In this document: one piece after another, positions 52,281 to 64,000 of the stretch
How positions within the stretch are numbered: the stretch's first letter is position 1
Layout of the letters: each line of letters opens with the position of its first letter
Assembly (NCBI GenBank): GCA_964270895.1
Contig: OZ185437.1
From: Podarcis filfolensis
Taxonomy: Eukaryota
DNA length: 64,000 bases
Strand: one strand, 5' to 3'
The notes under the pieces: model-generated
What the model saw: the letters and a program-made list of their open reading frames with translations, nothing else
Databases searched by the model: none
What the model was told of the DNA's origin: nothing
Translations under genes and position numbers: made by a program

Positions 52281-52685
52281 AACAGCTGTTGGGAACTTCA
52301 AGGTCCCTGCTCTCTCTTCTTATGGTCTTTGTACTGGACCTGGAGACTCCAATAGAGAGCATTCCATGTCAAGAAGGAGGGCACATGGGCACCCTATCAA
52401 ATGACAGGGCAAGAGCTACACGGAGCAGGGCCTTTTCACTGGTGGTGCCCATTGTAGGCCTTGCTCTTCCCAGACTTGTTCTCTTTTGGCCTGTATTTTG
52501 GAGATTTATAATTTAGGAAGACTTTGGAAGAACTGGTTGACAAGTCTTATCAGTCGCTGACGTATGAGCGGATTTTATTTGCTGCTATTCTGTGCTTCTA
52601 GTGCAACAGGGTTTACACCAGCGTAATGAGTTGGCCAGGATGCCAGAAGGGATACAATTTATGAGCTTTCTCCATTATCTGCACA

Positions 52686-52726
52686 GCAGGGGGTGTTCAG
52701 TCAACAGTTGACTGAACACCCCCTGC
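52686..52726. repeat. Perfect 41-bp palindrome (20-bp arms, 1-nt spacer)
   Basis: gcagggggtgttcagtcaac-a-gttgactgaacaccccctgc. Confidence 0.95.
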
Positions 52727-52867
52727 CCTGCCCTTACATGAAGTCTTGGGTTTGCAATTTTGGGACAGGGGAGGTTGCCTGCTGGGGAGCTGGCAGGTTG
52801 GCAAACCCCCCTAGATTTAGAGGCCCTAGGCTTCAATCTACTTAGCCTATACATAAATCTGGCACTG

Positions 52868-52921
52868 CTTGGAAGGGACACTGAGGGTCATCTAGACCCA
52901 CCCTCTGCAATGCAGGAATCT
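52868..52921 (-). mobile_element. CR1-type SINE/LINE tail fragment, apparently the target of the hAT insertion
   Basis: cttggaagggacactgagggtcatctagaccc...ctgcaatgcaggaatct is the reverse complement of the tail seen at 39150-39200. Confidence 0.65.
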
Positions 52922-53084
52922 CAACTAAAGAATCCATTACATAGTTTAGGCTCCACTGCCTGCCTGCCTGCCTACCAACAGAATGAGTGCAGGGTATCTC
53001 TATTTTTGTTCCAGCCAAGTCAGAACTGCTTCTAGGAGTTTTAACAGAGACACTGTAGAGGTATAGTAGTTTGAAGCGGGTGAG

Positions 53085-53235
53085 CTTGCTGCATCTTAGT
53101 GGCAGAGCACATGCTCTGCATACACAAAAGGTACAGGGTTCAATCCTCAGCATCTCCAAGCAGGACTGGGAATCTTCCTGTGTAAAAGAAGAAGAAAAAG
53201 TCCCTGGTGGCATACAACAGTCAGTGTTGACTAAG
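53085..53235 (+). mobile_element. Degenerate tRNA-head SINE (Squam2-like)
   Basis: cttagtggcagagcacatgctctgcat...gggttcaatcctcagcatctccaagcaggactggg. Confidence 0.6.
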
Positions 53236-54949
53236 GATGTGGGAGACATCTGTTTGCATTTAAAACCAAATTGATGAAATTTGGGCTTTCTGAAGTATTA
53301 TGGAAGTTGAAACGCAGCCATCCTTCAAAACTCTCACTTATCTGAGATTTGTGATGCACTACTCCAACCAAATAATGCTTACAAAAATGCATATATTAAG
53401 GGGAAAGGTGCATATAAATGAAGATAATAGTGAAAATAAGGTGCAAAAATGCATTATATTATGAGAAATTGCTTGCAAAAATGTGTACATTTGTCAAATC
53501 TTCAGATAGATAGATAGATTCACACTAAAATGCTCAAGAATTTTCATGGGGATTTAAAAAGAGAAAATGTACCAATTGCTGCAGAAATGTGGAGAGCTGA
53601 AATGGAGTTTGGGCAAAAGACAACCAGAGAAAGCTGCTATGGGTAGCTCCTTCCATCCCTGATGTTGGTAATTCTCTAAGCTTGATGGTCCCATGGTATT
53701 ACTTGGCATCAAACAGCTTCCCTAAATTCCTATGTGGCAATGCATGGCTGAAAATTATAGGGATACAGAAGCAACGATGCCATTTTCAAATTAGCAAGCC
53801 TGCCAAAGAAAGACTGCTTGCCTTCTCTTCACCACTTCATGTTTGATGAATTGTGACTCAGAGGAGATTTATCGGGAAGATGACATTATAGATTCCTTGC
53901 ATCCCAAAGGAGCAAAGATGAAAATAGCACTGCCTGCTACTCCATCTTAATGTCCAAGGTAAGCTTTTCCCTCTTGGAGAGCAAGATGGGCTGCCAGGTG
54001 CAGGTGGGTGAGCAGAATCAGGGTAGATTGCCTGCTCACCTATATGTGAGCATCTCTGTGCAGTTTCTCAGATAGTCCCTAAGGTGACTTGTCTACATAT
54101 GGCATTCTCTTGCATATGGCTTCCTCACAGGTGAGCACCATGAACTCAGCACCTAGAACTCTCTACTGGCAAGATGCATGTGAATGGCCTATTTTCCTAA
54201 AAACCTTTTCAAGAGTCTGTGTGCACAGGAATCTACCCAGGAGCTTTTAAATGGACACTAAATGTTGCAGAGGAATGGGCCCTTTGGTGCAGTCTCAAAG
54301 GATATTGAACTAGTGGTGCTGTTGCCCATACATCACTGTCATGCTGTTTCTAGTTTTCCAGACGTTTTATCTCCATGTTCTTTTCACCCTTTGGAGCAGT
54401 TAAACACTTCCCTCCCCACCCCCAGCTAGCATCCCTCTGCATATTTATAGCAGGAATACAAAGAGAAATATTCAGTAGGATAGAATTCTCCGCGGTATGA
54501 TAAGTGATGATTGTTAAACATGAATATCTCGGATGTTTTTATTATCTGAGATTACAATGAAGAATTAAAGTGTCTGAGCAGTGCTTCCAAGGAAGAGTAA
54601 GATGGCTCTGCTTCACAATCAGCTGGAACCATACTTTAATGGCATGCCATAGACACTATAAATTATCTTTAATGAGTTCTCCTATTGCAAAACAGGAGAG
54701 CGCGTGCATCAAAAAGGCACGGCCCTCTAACCTTCTGCTACTTCCTCAAAAGTTCAGTGAGCGATGCCCCAAAGAAAGCTTTGCATTGAATAAAACCCAT
54801 CAGAACCATCAAGCATGAACAGAGCAGAAATCTCCTTTCACGAACGGAGCAAATGCGCAGGATACAAGGCCATCAAAGAAATGGTAGCTAAAATAAGAGG
54901 ATGCACACTGTCATATAGGAGAAATGAAACTTTGGTTTCAGACGTCTGA

Positions 54950-55272
54950 GACCCCATCTACACTAGACATTTGAAGCAGTATCATACCATTTTAAACAGT
55001 TATGGCTTCTCCCAAGGAATTGTGGGAATCATTGATTGTTAAAGTTGTTGAGAGCAGTTAGGAACCCTATTCCCCTCTCAGAGGGATTGATTGTTAAACC
55101 ACTCTGAGAATTGTGGCTTGGGGGGTGGGGTAGAATTGAGGTGCCCTAAAACATGGGTTTCCTAACATCTCTCAGCATCCATAACAAACTACGTTTCCCA
55201 TGAGTCTTTGGGGAAGCTATGACTGCTTAAAGTGGCGTGATATAGCTTTAAATGTACAGTGTGGACGGGGGC
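54950..55272. mobile_element. PIF/Harbinger-type palindromic MITE
   Basis: Long imperfect inverted arms (gaccccatctacac...catttgaagcag / gctttaaatgtacagtgtggacgggggc). 3-bp TSD TGA on both sides. Confidence 0.65.
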
Positions 55273-55756
55273 TGAGCCAATGCCAAATCCATTATTGTTA
55301 ATGGAGCCTGAATATCTGACTGCAAGAGATGTGAAAGTTGAACTTTGGACACTACAAAGATACATAGAGAAATGGAAGAAAGGGCCATTTATACTGCCTG
55401 TTCCCCTGCTCCATTCTCCTGAATGTTGTTATATCTGAAGCAACTCTTAACCCAAGATTGATGGACTTAACCCTGCAATATACAAACAAGAAAGATGAAA
55501 TCAGCCTCCAAGTGTTGAAAAGTCAACGCATCATGAGCCAAAGAGGCTAGGAAACTGCCCTGTGATGCAAGGAGGTCAGGAGGAGCTGAGTGGGTGATAT
55601 CATCCAGAAAGACTGCTGGGTGAAGTGCTGGGGGAAAGGCTGACATCTTTCATATCATGGTGTGGAAACACTTCAGCTGAGGTGTTTTCCTTGCGCAATG
55701 TTGCTAGAGTAAGCCTGGTTTTATAATGAAATTAGCCTATTGGAAAAATAATCCTA

Positions 55757-55912
55757 GGCTGTGTACACACTATACCTTTAAATCACATTTGAAGCACATT
55801 CTCCCATCCAAAGAACTGTAACTCTGTGAGGGGTAAAACTGCAGTGGCCATAATTCTTTGAGGAGGAAAATGTGCTTTGAATGTGCTTTAGTGGTATAGT
55901 GTATACGCAACC
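55757..55912. mobile_element. Short palindromic MITE related to 54950-55272
   Basis: Inverted arms ggctgtgtacacactatacc...cacatttgaagcacatt / aatgtgctttgaatgtg...ggtatagtgtatacgcaacc. Confidence 0.6.
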
Positions 55913-57099
55913 CCAAAGTTCTTCAAATACACAAAGGCGTTGTCTGGGTCAACGTATAAAAGTTGGGATGGAATTTTCCAGCCAAAGTCTGAACACAGTC
56001 AGAAGACAGAAGAATCAATCATTTGTTTAAAAATAAAACCAAAATTATACAGACTTTACCTTAAGCCACAACTATTTTAGCCATTTGGGATCATAGTCCC
56101 ACTATTACAGCACATCTGTATTAAAAAGAAAACCTCATTTATTTACATTTTAATATACACTTGGCAGTAAATACTACAAAACAACCCAACATGTAATTAA
56201 TTATTATCCAATATAAATGCACACTAAATCCAAAAGCAAGGTTGCTGGAATTGTTGGCTTCATTGGACTTTGATTCATAAATATCAGTTCCCCTTAATAA
56301 CTTGAGAAAACTTATTTTGTTTGTCCACAGATTGAATTGATGACTATGGGTTTATCCACACCCCTGTTTGCCCCACCACTCCCCCCTAGTGATGAACTGG
56401 AACAAAGGGCAATTGGGCTTCCCAAGGATGGCTGTTTGTTCTGATTTAGCACTAAAGAGCATGTTTTCCAGGGGAAAGCAGTGGAGCAACGGCAAAACCA
56501 CTTCGACCCATGTCTAGAAACTGTGAGCGAAGCGGAAAACCACTGAGACTTGTGCTTTCTGGGCACGGAAAAAGTGTGAATGAGCCCTAAGCCAGAGTAG
56601 CTCTGTTGAAATTCCATCATTTCAAGACCGCCATCACAGAATATTTAAAACTGGAGTAAACTCATTTTTTACAAAATAGTTTTTACTTGGTCGAGTTATA
56701 ATGCTAGGCTGAGATAACACAGATTAATTTGTAAATATTGCATTTTGTTGTGAAAATACTTGAACATACAACCCACAGAGCTTTGGTTGTATTTAAATAT
56801 ACTGTATAAAGAACCAGTTAAAAGATGGTCTAGGGATTAACCACACATTACGTGCAACATGAGTAACTGAGTCCTGCATCCTGCTCCAGGGTTCCCTACC
56901 AAGTGAAGTGAGGTCCGTGACTACCTTTTCAGTACTGGCACCTTGAGTGTGGATTACCCTCCCAAAGAGGGATTATCCTGGTGCTTTCTCTGTGGTATTT
57001 TTGGCACCTAATTCAGTCAGACTTTCTAGATTAAACCGTTAAAAATCCAGGCTATAAATTTTATGCCTTCTCTGTTGCTAGTATTTCTTGGGGGGAAGG

Positions 57100-57215
57100 G
57101 GGGTTGTTGTTTTTACTATCTTTTATTATTGACTTTAATTACTATATTATAGATTGCATTTTTTTAATTTTATGGTAAGCCACCTAGAGAATATTTAATG
57201 ATGTGCAGCTATATA
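57100..57215 (+). mobile_element. Probable L2 LINE 3' tail
   Basis: T-rich tract followed by gtaagccacctagag, like the L2 end at 62520-62578. Confidence 0.4.
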
Positions 57216-58101
57216 TACATTTTATTGACGACAACAACAACGATTCATTCTTCATAATATAGTGCTAGCGTGGTGATGGAAGAGACCAGTTGTGCACAGA
57301 CATTCACCAGATGTTCATCACACTTGTTATTGGTGCAATCACGTGAGTAATGAAAACACCGTCTAGCATTGCATTGCACTTGGCCAGGTACAAAGTACTG
57401 CTCTTTAAAATAAGGATTTGGAAAAGGCAGATAAGCCCCACAATAACGGCAAAACCTTGGGGGAAGACTACGAGGACTGTGCAAAACAAAATGTGTGTAT
57501 GTGGGGGATAGTCTATTGCACACTAACCTACTACTTGATCATATACAAAGGGGCCAAATTAGCACCACCAATGTCAGGAGGGCGAGTTCCCTTGCATCAG
57601 GTAGATTCTCCCATCCAGATCTGATTAAAAAGAAAGAATGCATTCATGTTTATTTTGCAACCAGCAACTTCTTGCTTAGCTTCTTCTTCTCTCGAAGACC
57701 ACTTCCCTTCTTTTCGGTAGAAGAAAATGGCTGCAAGGGTCATTAACATACATCTGTGACTGAGAGAATCTGCATGTGGGAGAAGACTTTGGAAGTGCAT
57801 CTTTTCTAGGCAGGAAATGTATGGTGGTTTGTAACAGACTGCGCTACTCAGGGGAAATCTGGGTGCGTGCACTCAGGCGTTCTAAGAGGAATGCTGGAAA
57901 GAGGGAGGCTGCCAAGAATTCCAGCCAGGCATATGCACTCTGGTTTCTCTTTCATGTACTGCTGGAAGGATTCTGGAGCCAAATTACATCTAGGGTTCTT
58001 GCAGATAAGTAACTGATGCATAAACTATGGTTGGAGTTCCAAAAACACTTAATCAGTGAAGTTTGCCTACAAGTAAATGAGCTGCGGGAACAGGGATGGG
58101 G

Positions 58102-58243
58102 CAGTGCTTCCCCCGGGGGGTACTCAAGGGTACGCAGTACTGGCACCTTTTTTCTAGAATAAAAAAACCGCTTAAAAGTGTGGCACTCATTGTAGCAACT
58201 TCATGGCGAGTACCGATACCTTTTTTCCAGTAGAAAAGCACTT
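58102..58243. mobile_element. hAT-type MITE (~140 bp)
   Basis: Ends cagtgctt / aagcact, with the internal duplicated motif agtac(t/c)g(g/a)(c/t)acctttttt. Possible degenerate 8-bp TSD ggatgggg / tgataggg. Confidence 0.6.
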
Positions 58244-58659
58244 GATAGGGTTATGTGCTCAGGAGCTAAAATGAATTCTGGTTGCTGCAGGTGCCTGGTT
58301 TGGAGGTGTTTGCTATCTCTTACGCTTAAGCAATGAATGTGATACTTGAAGACACATAGCTAATGTGCTATATCTGGAATGGCAGAAGCCAAGCCAAACA
58401 GAAAAGACTCTATGAGGATTTGCGGTGTGAGGAGAGGCCCCAGCCCTGCACACTCTAAACTGCAGACATGCACAAAGCTGCAGACATATGTGTGAAGGTT
58501 TGTGTTGTGTATGAGACAGGGCAAAGAAACATTTCTCCTATGACCAACTTTGCCAACCTAATGCTGCCTTCTCCCTAACCCCACCTCACCCTCTCTCCCT
58601 CACACAAAAATACATTCATGCACACACACAGTTTATTTCTCATTCCTCTTACTCTACAC

Positions 58660-58788
58660 CAGGTGTTGGGGACCTGTGGCCCTCCAAATGTTGGCGGACT
58701 CCAACAACTATCTGTCCCAGACGGCACGGCCAGTGGCTAGGGATGCTAGGAGTTGTAGTTCAGCCACATCTAGTGGGCCTCACCCCTG
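58660..58788. mobile_element. Palindromic hAT-type MITE
   Basis: caggtgttggggacctgtggccctccaaatgttg...cacatctagtgggcctcacccctg. Inverted arms; TSD only partly matched. Confidence 0.6.
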
Positions 58789-58803
58789 CTCTGGGTTGTC
58801 CTC

Positions 58804-59173
58804 TGAAATATACTCAGAGTCGCAAAGTGATTTCATGCTCTTTATTCAGCTCATAGTGGTGAGGAGGAATGAATGAATGTCCCCTCAAAGTATCTGCTTT
58901 ATATACATTATTTACACAATGGGCTGCACATGATTGGCTAATTCCGGAATTCTACTGTAAGCCAATCAGGTTGTGGATTCACTTCTATCTGGAGCATGAT
59001 TGGGTGGTTCCTGCCAACCAATCATACTGCTGCATTGTTCTAGGACCAATCAGACTGCTGCATTCTGAATCCTATTGTTCTAGGACCAATCAGACTGCTG
59101 CCTTTTGGATCCTATTGTTCTAGGACCAATCAGACTGCTGCAGTTTGGATCCTATTCAACTCAGTACATAACA
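58804..59173 (-). mobile_element. Solo LTR (370 bp) with 5-bp TSD
   Basis: Minus strand runs TGTTATG...ATTTCA. Perfect TSD tcctc (58799-58803 / 59174-59178). TATATAAA (+ strand 58898-58905) and AATAAA (+ strand 58841-58846) lie in U3-R order. Confidence 0.92.
59030..59150. repeat. Three 40-bp tandem repeats in the LTR U3, each with a CCAAT box
   Basis: taggaccaatcagactgctgc recurs at 59041, 59081 and 59121. Confidence 0.95.
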
Positions 59174-60818
59174 TCCTCCCACACTATCTGCTTTCCCCCT
59201 CCCCCACAGTTTTCCTCCTCTCTGACACTTCAGAGAAACCAGAACAAGCAAACACCAGAGCTTACTTTTTTTGTAAGCCTAAATACATGAGAACACTTTG
59301 GATTTCAATGGGCCTTACATATTAATACCAATTGCAGTCTAAAGGAGTTCTTGATTCCCAAAGGCTTCTACTGAAGCACCACAGTTTCCTACAGTTTGCT
59401 GGAGACCATCTGAATTAATGGAAATTGTCAAGATGGAGTAAGCTGCATGGACATACCAAGCACAGAATTTAGCCTATTACATCCAAATATACCCACTGTT
59501 GTGGGATCTTTTGATGCCACCAACTGAAAAGCAAACCTAATTTTTACTGTTATGTGCTTTTTCATGCACACCTTCCTATAATATACACATTTTTGTCATT
59601 TTTGTTGCTGTTGGATGACTGCATCACAACATTAGTAGAAGTGCAAATTTCAAAGGGATAGCTCTATTTTGGTTCGTATATTGCTTTGGGATGTGTGCAG
59701 GCTCACATTAAAATGCAAATAGGCCTGAATTTCTCCACCCCCACTATTGCTGTGAAACAGGGATGCTTGGCCATTATGCTAGGTATATTGGATTAATTTT
59801 TGGACATTTCTCCTCCTTATCATTGTTGGCAGTTGTATGCTTAAGTATTGTTGGAGTTCATTGAGGGCAATGTTGCTTTTTGTTCAGTATTCATCCGACT
59901 GAGTGATGCTTTAAAAAACACTTTAAAAGGCATAATATACACAATATACCAAATACTTGCTTATTCTCAACATCTAAGAGTCAAGCGTATACTTTGCTTC
60001 TGAGAAATGCAGTTTGTGCTTTTGGTTGTCATAAGCAGTTGCAATCACTGATGATCCATTCTCCTTGTATGCAAACTAATTTTTAAAGGCATTTATGCAA
60101 ATGGCCATTTCAGCAATCTGTGGCAAACAAATCATCATCATAACCATCGGCTGATCAGGTACTATACAAAGTAGCTGCATCTACTTGTGCCAAATTTGAT
60201 GCTTATGAATATTAGTGATTTGTCCCTAATTTTTGTGTTGGGATAATGACACACACACATAGCTGTTGGCTGCAGACTGGAGCCCACGTAGATAGCATCT
60301 AAAGTCAGAAGGAGTTCCTTCCTAATCAACTATATTGTCAAGTACGTGGACCAGAAAAGGGCATCCATCTTCTAAATTGAACATTTCCTAAATCTGATTT
60401 GGAGCTGAATGAATCTGTGGAATCCACACAGAGCCATCGGGGCTGTGGAGGAGAGAGAATCTCTCATATTTGCTCAGAACATGTGTGATAATACCACTGC
60501 AGCCACAAAAGAACTTGTAAGAGGAAGTCTCACAGCTGCTGCTTATTAGCATTAGCACAAATCTTACAAAGCAAATTGTAAGCAGACATGTTTCCATAAT
60601 ATTTAACTTATGCCAATGAATAAGAGTTGTGTGTTTTTTTCTGTTAGGCAAAAATTTCTGGTTTCCAAAAGAATCAGTTTCCAATTGCCCGTGAACAAAT
60701 CAGTATTACTCAGCAACAAGTTGCCATTGCAGGGAATTATGAAGGCTGCCTGGGCTGCCTTTTGCAAGCGTCCTCAAAAAAACGAAATGGATTGACAAAA
60801 CACCATATTTCTTGTCAC

Positions 60819-60962
60819 AGAACATAGAATTGCAGAGTTTGAAAGGACCATGAGGATCATCTAGTCCAACCACCTGCACTATAGGAATCTTTCACCCAGT
60901 GCGAGGCTCAAACCCATGACCCTGAGATTAACAGTCTCGTGCATTACCAACTGCGCTGTCCC
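60819..60962 (-). mobile_element. tRNA(Lys)-like head / CR1-tail SINE
   Basis: Reverse complement: gggacagcgcagttggtaatgcacgagactgttaatctcagggtcatgggtttgagcc...ggactagatgatcctc...attctatgttct. Confidence 0.8.
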
Positions 60963-61581
60963 TCAGGGGTTGTCATTTGCAAAAGAATTCAAAGAGTTGA
61001 CCCTCTTTCTTCCTATGAATTCCTTCCAACCAGAGGCATAGCAAGGGGGGCAGGGGAGCTATGGCCCCAGGCACACATTTTTGAGGGGGCACAATTACGT
61101 GCCTCCACAACAGGTACAGAGCCCTGGCAGCTGAGGCACAATGGCAGGTGTGTTAGTCTAGATGGAGGCAGCGGGTGAGGAGCCTGTTGGAAGCAGGCTC
61201 TGTTCACCTTCTGCATGCTCCTCCCTTGGCTCTGCTTCCAGCTCTAGGATTTGTCAAGGACTTTGTCTTTCCATAACAGCAAGCAGCTTGATGCAGCTAC
61301 TGCCATTTTCACAATTCCAGAACCTAAATTTAAATGCCCGAAATTAAAATTTGGGAGCCTGTGAAAGCAAAAACAAAATCCAGCCATTTCTGTATTTCCC
61401 TGCCTACTGCTTAGGACATCAAAAGGCTACTCTTCCCTACATTTCCAACTTTAAGTATCCATACATTCTTTGGAGGGAGTTGGTCAAGCAACTCTACAGA
61501 GCTGTAAATTGGAAAGGTTTACTGGGCTGATTGTTCAGCACTTTCCTGGCTGCGATCTTATACCTGTTTGCCAATGATTAA

Positions 61582-61931
61582 AAAGGTAAAGGGACCCCTG
61601 ACCATTAGGTCCAGTTGTGGCCATCTCTGGGGTTGCGGCACTCATCTCGCTTTATTGGCCGAGGGAGCCGGCGTACAGCTTCCGGGTCATGTGGCCACCA
61701 TGACTAAGCTGCTTCTGATGAACCAGAGCAGTGTATGGAAATGCCGTTTACCTTCCCACCGGAGCGGTACCTATTTATCTACTTGCACTTTGATGTGCTT
61801 TCAAACTGCTAGGTTGGCAGGAGCTGGGACTGAGCAACTGGAGCTCACCCCATCACAGGGATTTGAACCACCAACCTTCTGATTGGCAAGCCCTAGGCTC
61901 TGTGGTTTAGACCACAGTGCCACCCACGTCC
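61582..61931 (-). mobile_element. Sauria SINE, full length
   Basis: Reverse complement of 21333-21667-like sequence. 17-bp TSD tgtttgccaatgattaa (61565-61581) / tatttgccaaggattaa (61932-61948) with two mismatches. Confidence 0.95.
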
Positions 61932-62329
61932 TATTTGCCAAGGATTAAGCAATATTAAACTCGACAGGACCCGCTTCTGAGTAAATCCCACAGGACTGTG
62001 CTACACGAGCATTTGGAAATACCATACCTGGTCTGCCACGCAGCAGAGCAAAACAACCAGCTTCAGGCAGATGGGCTGACCATGTGTCCTGCCTTATAAA
62101 GGACAGCCCTGAAGGACTGGCAGAGGACAGGCCCCTTTTTGATAGCACCCTATCTTTGAAGAGCTGTACAGTTGAAGTACAGTATAAAGATAAGCACCAG
62201 AAGGGGCAGAAGGGACTTGGAACCATCTTGGGTGTCAGTCCTGGAAAACCTGCTCTTCCTTACAGCCTTTTCCCACCTGGCCTGGGAGGGCGGAGCCTGA
62301 CTGACTCTAGCTGCAAAAGCTGAGGCTGC

Positions 62330-62578
62330 TGAACAGACTCTCGGGTTGGGGTGTTGCTTGAGATGTTTTGTTGGGTGGGGGCTGTTGCTGTTGGTTTGTT
62401 GTATATTATTTTGGAATTTGTTATTTATGTGGAGATTGTTCAGTTTCGTTGTGTATTTTTTAATGTTTTATTTACTGCTTATGACTATTTTTGTTATGCT
62501 GTACTTACGTATTTCTTCATGTTGTAAGCCGCCTTGAGCATGGTTTGAACTGTGGAAAAGCAGCATACAAATAAAAAT
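62330..62578 (+). mobile_element. Probable L2 LINE 3' end
   Basis: TG-rich tract followed by tgtaagccgccttgagc...gaaaagcagcatacaaataaaat. Confidence 0.6.
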
Positions 62579-62895
62579 ATGTATGTATGTAAGATGACCA
62601 TCAACAAATAGCTCTTGGATATCAGACTAAACAGGCACACAGACCAACCCCGGCTTACAATGGTTTCCACTACAGGAAGGTGTATTATATTTCTATTTTA
62701 ATTATAGTAATTATTTCTAATGTGCAACTACATATAAAAATTAGTACATTTGGATTTTATGCAGAACTTTGTCCCCTTTTCTGGTGGTGCATTTCCACTT
62801 TTGGGGTGATGGGTTAGTGGCCACCACTTCAGGTGACATCATGAAGGCATTAAGCAGTGTTTGAATGGTGCAGAAAAACAAGTGCTGTCCCTATA

Positions 62896-62896
<1 letters not shown>

Positions 62897-62962
<66 letters not shown>
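62897..62962. repeat. (TG)n-GTGCGCGCAC-(CA)n inverted microsatellite
   Basis: Read directly. Self-complementary core at 62930-62939. Confidence 0.95.
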
Positions 62963-64000
62963 GGCTATGCTTCTAGCAGCAAACTGCATTGGGCTGGCAC
63001 TACAGCTTAAATTAAAATTCACCTTCATTAACATATTGAATTCTCATCTCAGAAGCTTGTCTGGTTGACGTTTCAAGAGTCCAGCCCCTTGATGTCTCTG
63101 CAATGCGTAAAATATTGATCTGTTGACATTGCAGGAGGTGAGTAGTTTCTGTTTCTGCAATTCTTGAGTGGTTCTGCCTACTGAAGTTGGTGATGGATTC
63201 AGGACTAAGCAAGTAGCGTGCGTGCACCGGGTGCTGAGCCGAGGGGGCACCATCTCAAAGTCCTGTAAACAAGTCCAGTCCTAGAGTCCACCACCATCCT
63301 TCCCAAAGCCTAGTTAGAGCTTCCCTAGCTTTGGAGAGTAGGTGGAAGGACTGCAGGGCCCTGCCAGAGCCCTTGTGCTTCCTTTCCAAAGCCAGGTGCT
63401 TCCTTACCCACTTTTGGGAAGGCAGCACAGGGGCTGGCGGGGTCAACTAATTTTTGCCTTGCACAGGGCGTCCTAGTACCCAAGTCTGCCACATGGTTGG
63501 GTTTCTATGTTTCGTAGAAGATTCATATTCCTTCCATTCTTATGCTTGCATAAGGCACACCTGACTGAGCTAGAACTGCTCTAAGCTAGGAGTGGTCTAG
63601 AGGCCATGTGGTTACAGCCATATTGGACTGGGTGAACTGAAAAAAAATACAAAATACTTTTTGAAATCTGTAAGTTTAAAGGGCATAACTTGATAATCCA
63701 ACATTTGTCTAAGCAATTCATACTTCGCTATTTCTATGCTGCTTTTTTCTGGTTCTTTTCTGTGACGAATAAATTGTTTTTTTTAACTAAATGGCTTATA
63801 ACCAAGCAAAACATGACAAATATTGTAATGAGAGTTCTGTCTATGAAAGAATCAGTTTTACACACATGTCTGATTAAACTGGTTTCTTGTGATATGCTTC
63901 TTCTTCCTTTAAAGGATCTCTTTTTGAGACTCTGTATCCCCTGTCCCACTGATAGAACTAAGAAATTCTGTAGACAGCAATTGAGGAAAAAGTCCTTGCT

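Larger units (their letters stand above)
51158..52867. mobile_element. Long non-autonomous hAT element (1710 bp), same end family as 6189-6527
   Basis: TIRs cagggccggattta / taaatctggcactg, with subterminal gaggccctaggct at both ends. Perfect 8-bp TSD cttggaag (51150-51157 / 52868-52875). No transposase ORF. Confidence 0.8.

Noticed and set aside
59030-59150. 40-bp repeats (and the 16-bp MITE repeats) as a CRISPR-like array
   Set aside because: The units are head-to-tail with no unique spacers, lie inside eukaryotic transposons, and have no cas genes nearby.
21333-61931. tRNA-like A/B-box sequences as tRNA genes
   Set aside because: All are SINE heads attached to SINE bodies or tails, with no complete cloverleaf.

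Overview
Vertebrate genomic DNA, most likely from a squamate and probably a lacertid lizard. This is inferred from three Sauria SINE copies and other squamate-type SINE/MITE families. The only supported coding sequence is the 3' end of a terminal exon (2-763, + strand, open from the window edge). It encodes a disordered nuclear-protein C-terminus with SIM-like, SUMO-acceptor, HCF-binding-like and NLS motifs; I cannot name the gene. The remaining ~63 kb shows no recognisable protein-coding sequence. It is a mosaic of non-autonomous DNA transposons (Tc1/mariner-pogo, Tc2-type, hAT, PIF/Harbinger-type), SINEs, LINE fragments, one or two solo LTRs, microsatellites and several repeat-free blocks that look like enhancers. 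No CRISPR array, rRNA or true tRNA gene was seen. The best second-look items are: (1) a 1.7-kb hAT element with a perfect 8-bp TSD that may carry captured genomic DNA, (2) a MITE family whose copies form an exact 16-bp length ladder, (3) a young hAT MITE carrying GGGTTAGGG repeats, (4) a CCAAT-array solo LTR, (5) a Pbx/Meis plus posterior-Hox motif block, and (6) a tentative three-exon chain. I do not see evidence for a wholly new biological system. All family names are from recognition, not database searches.
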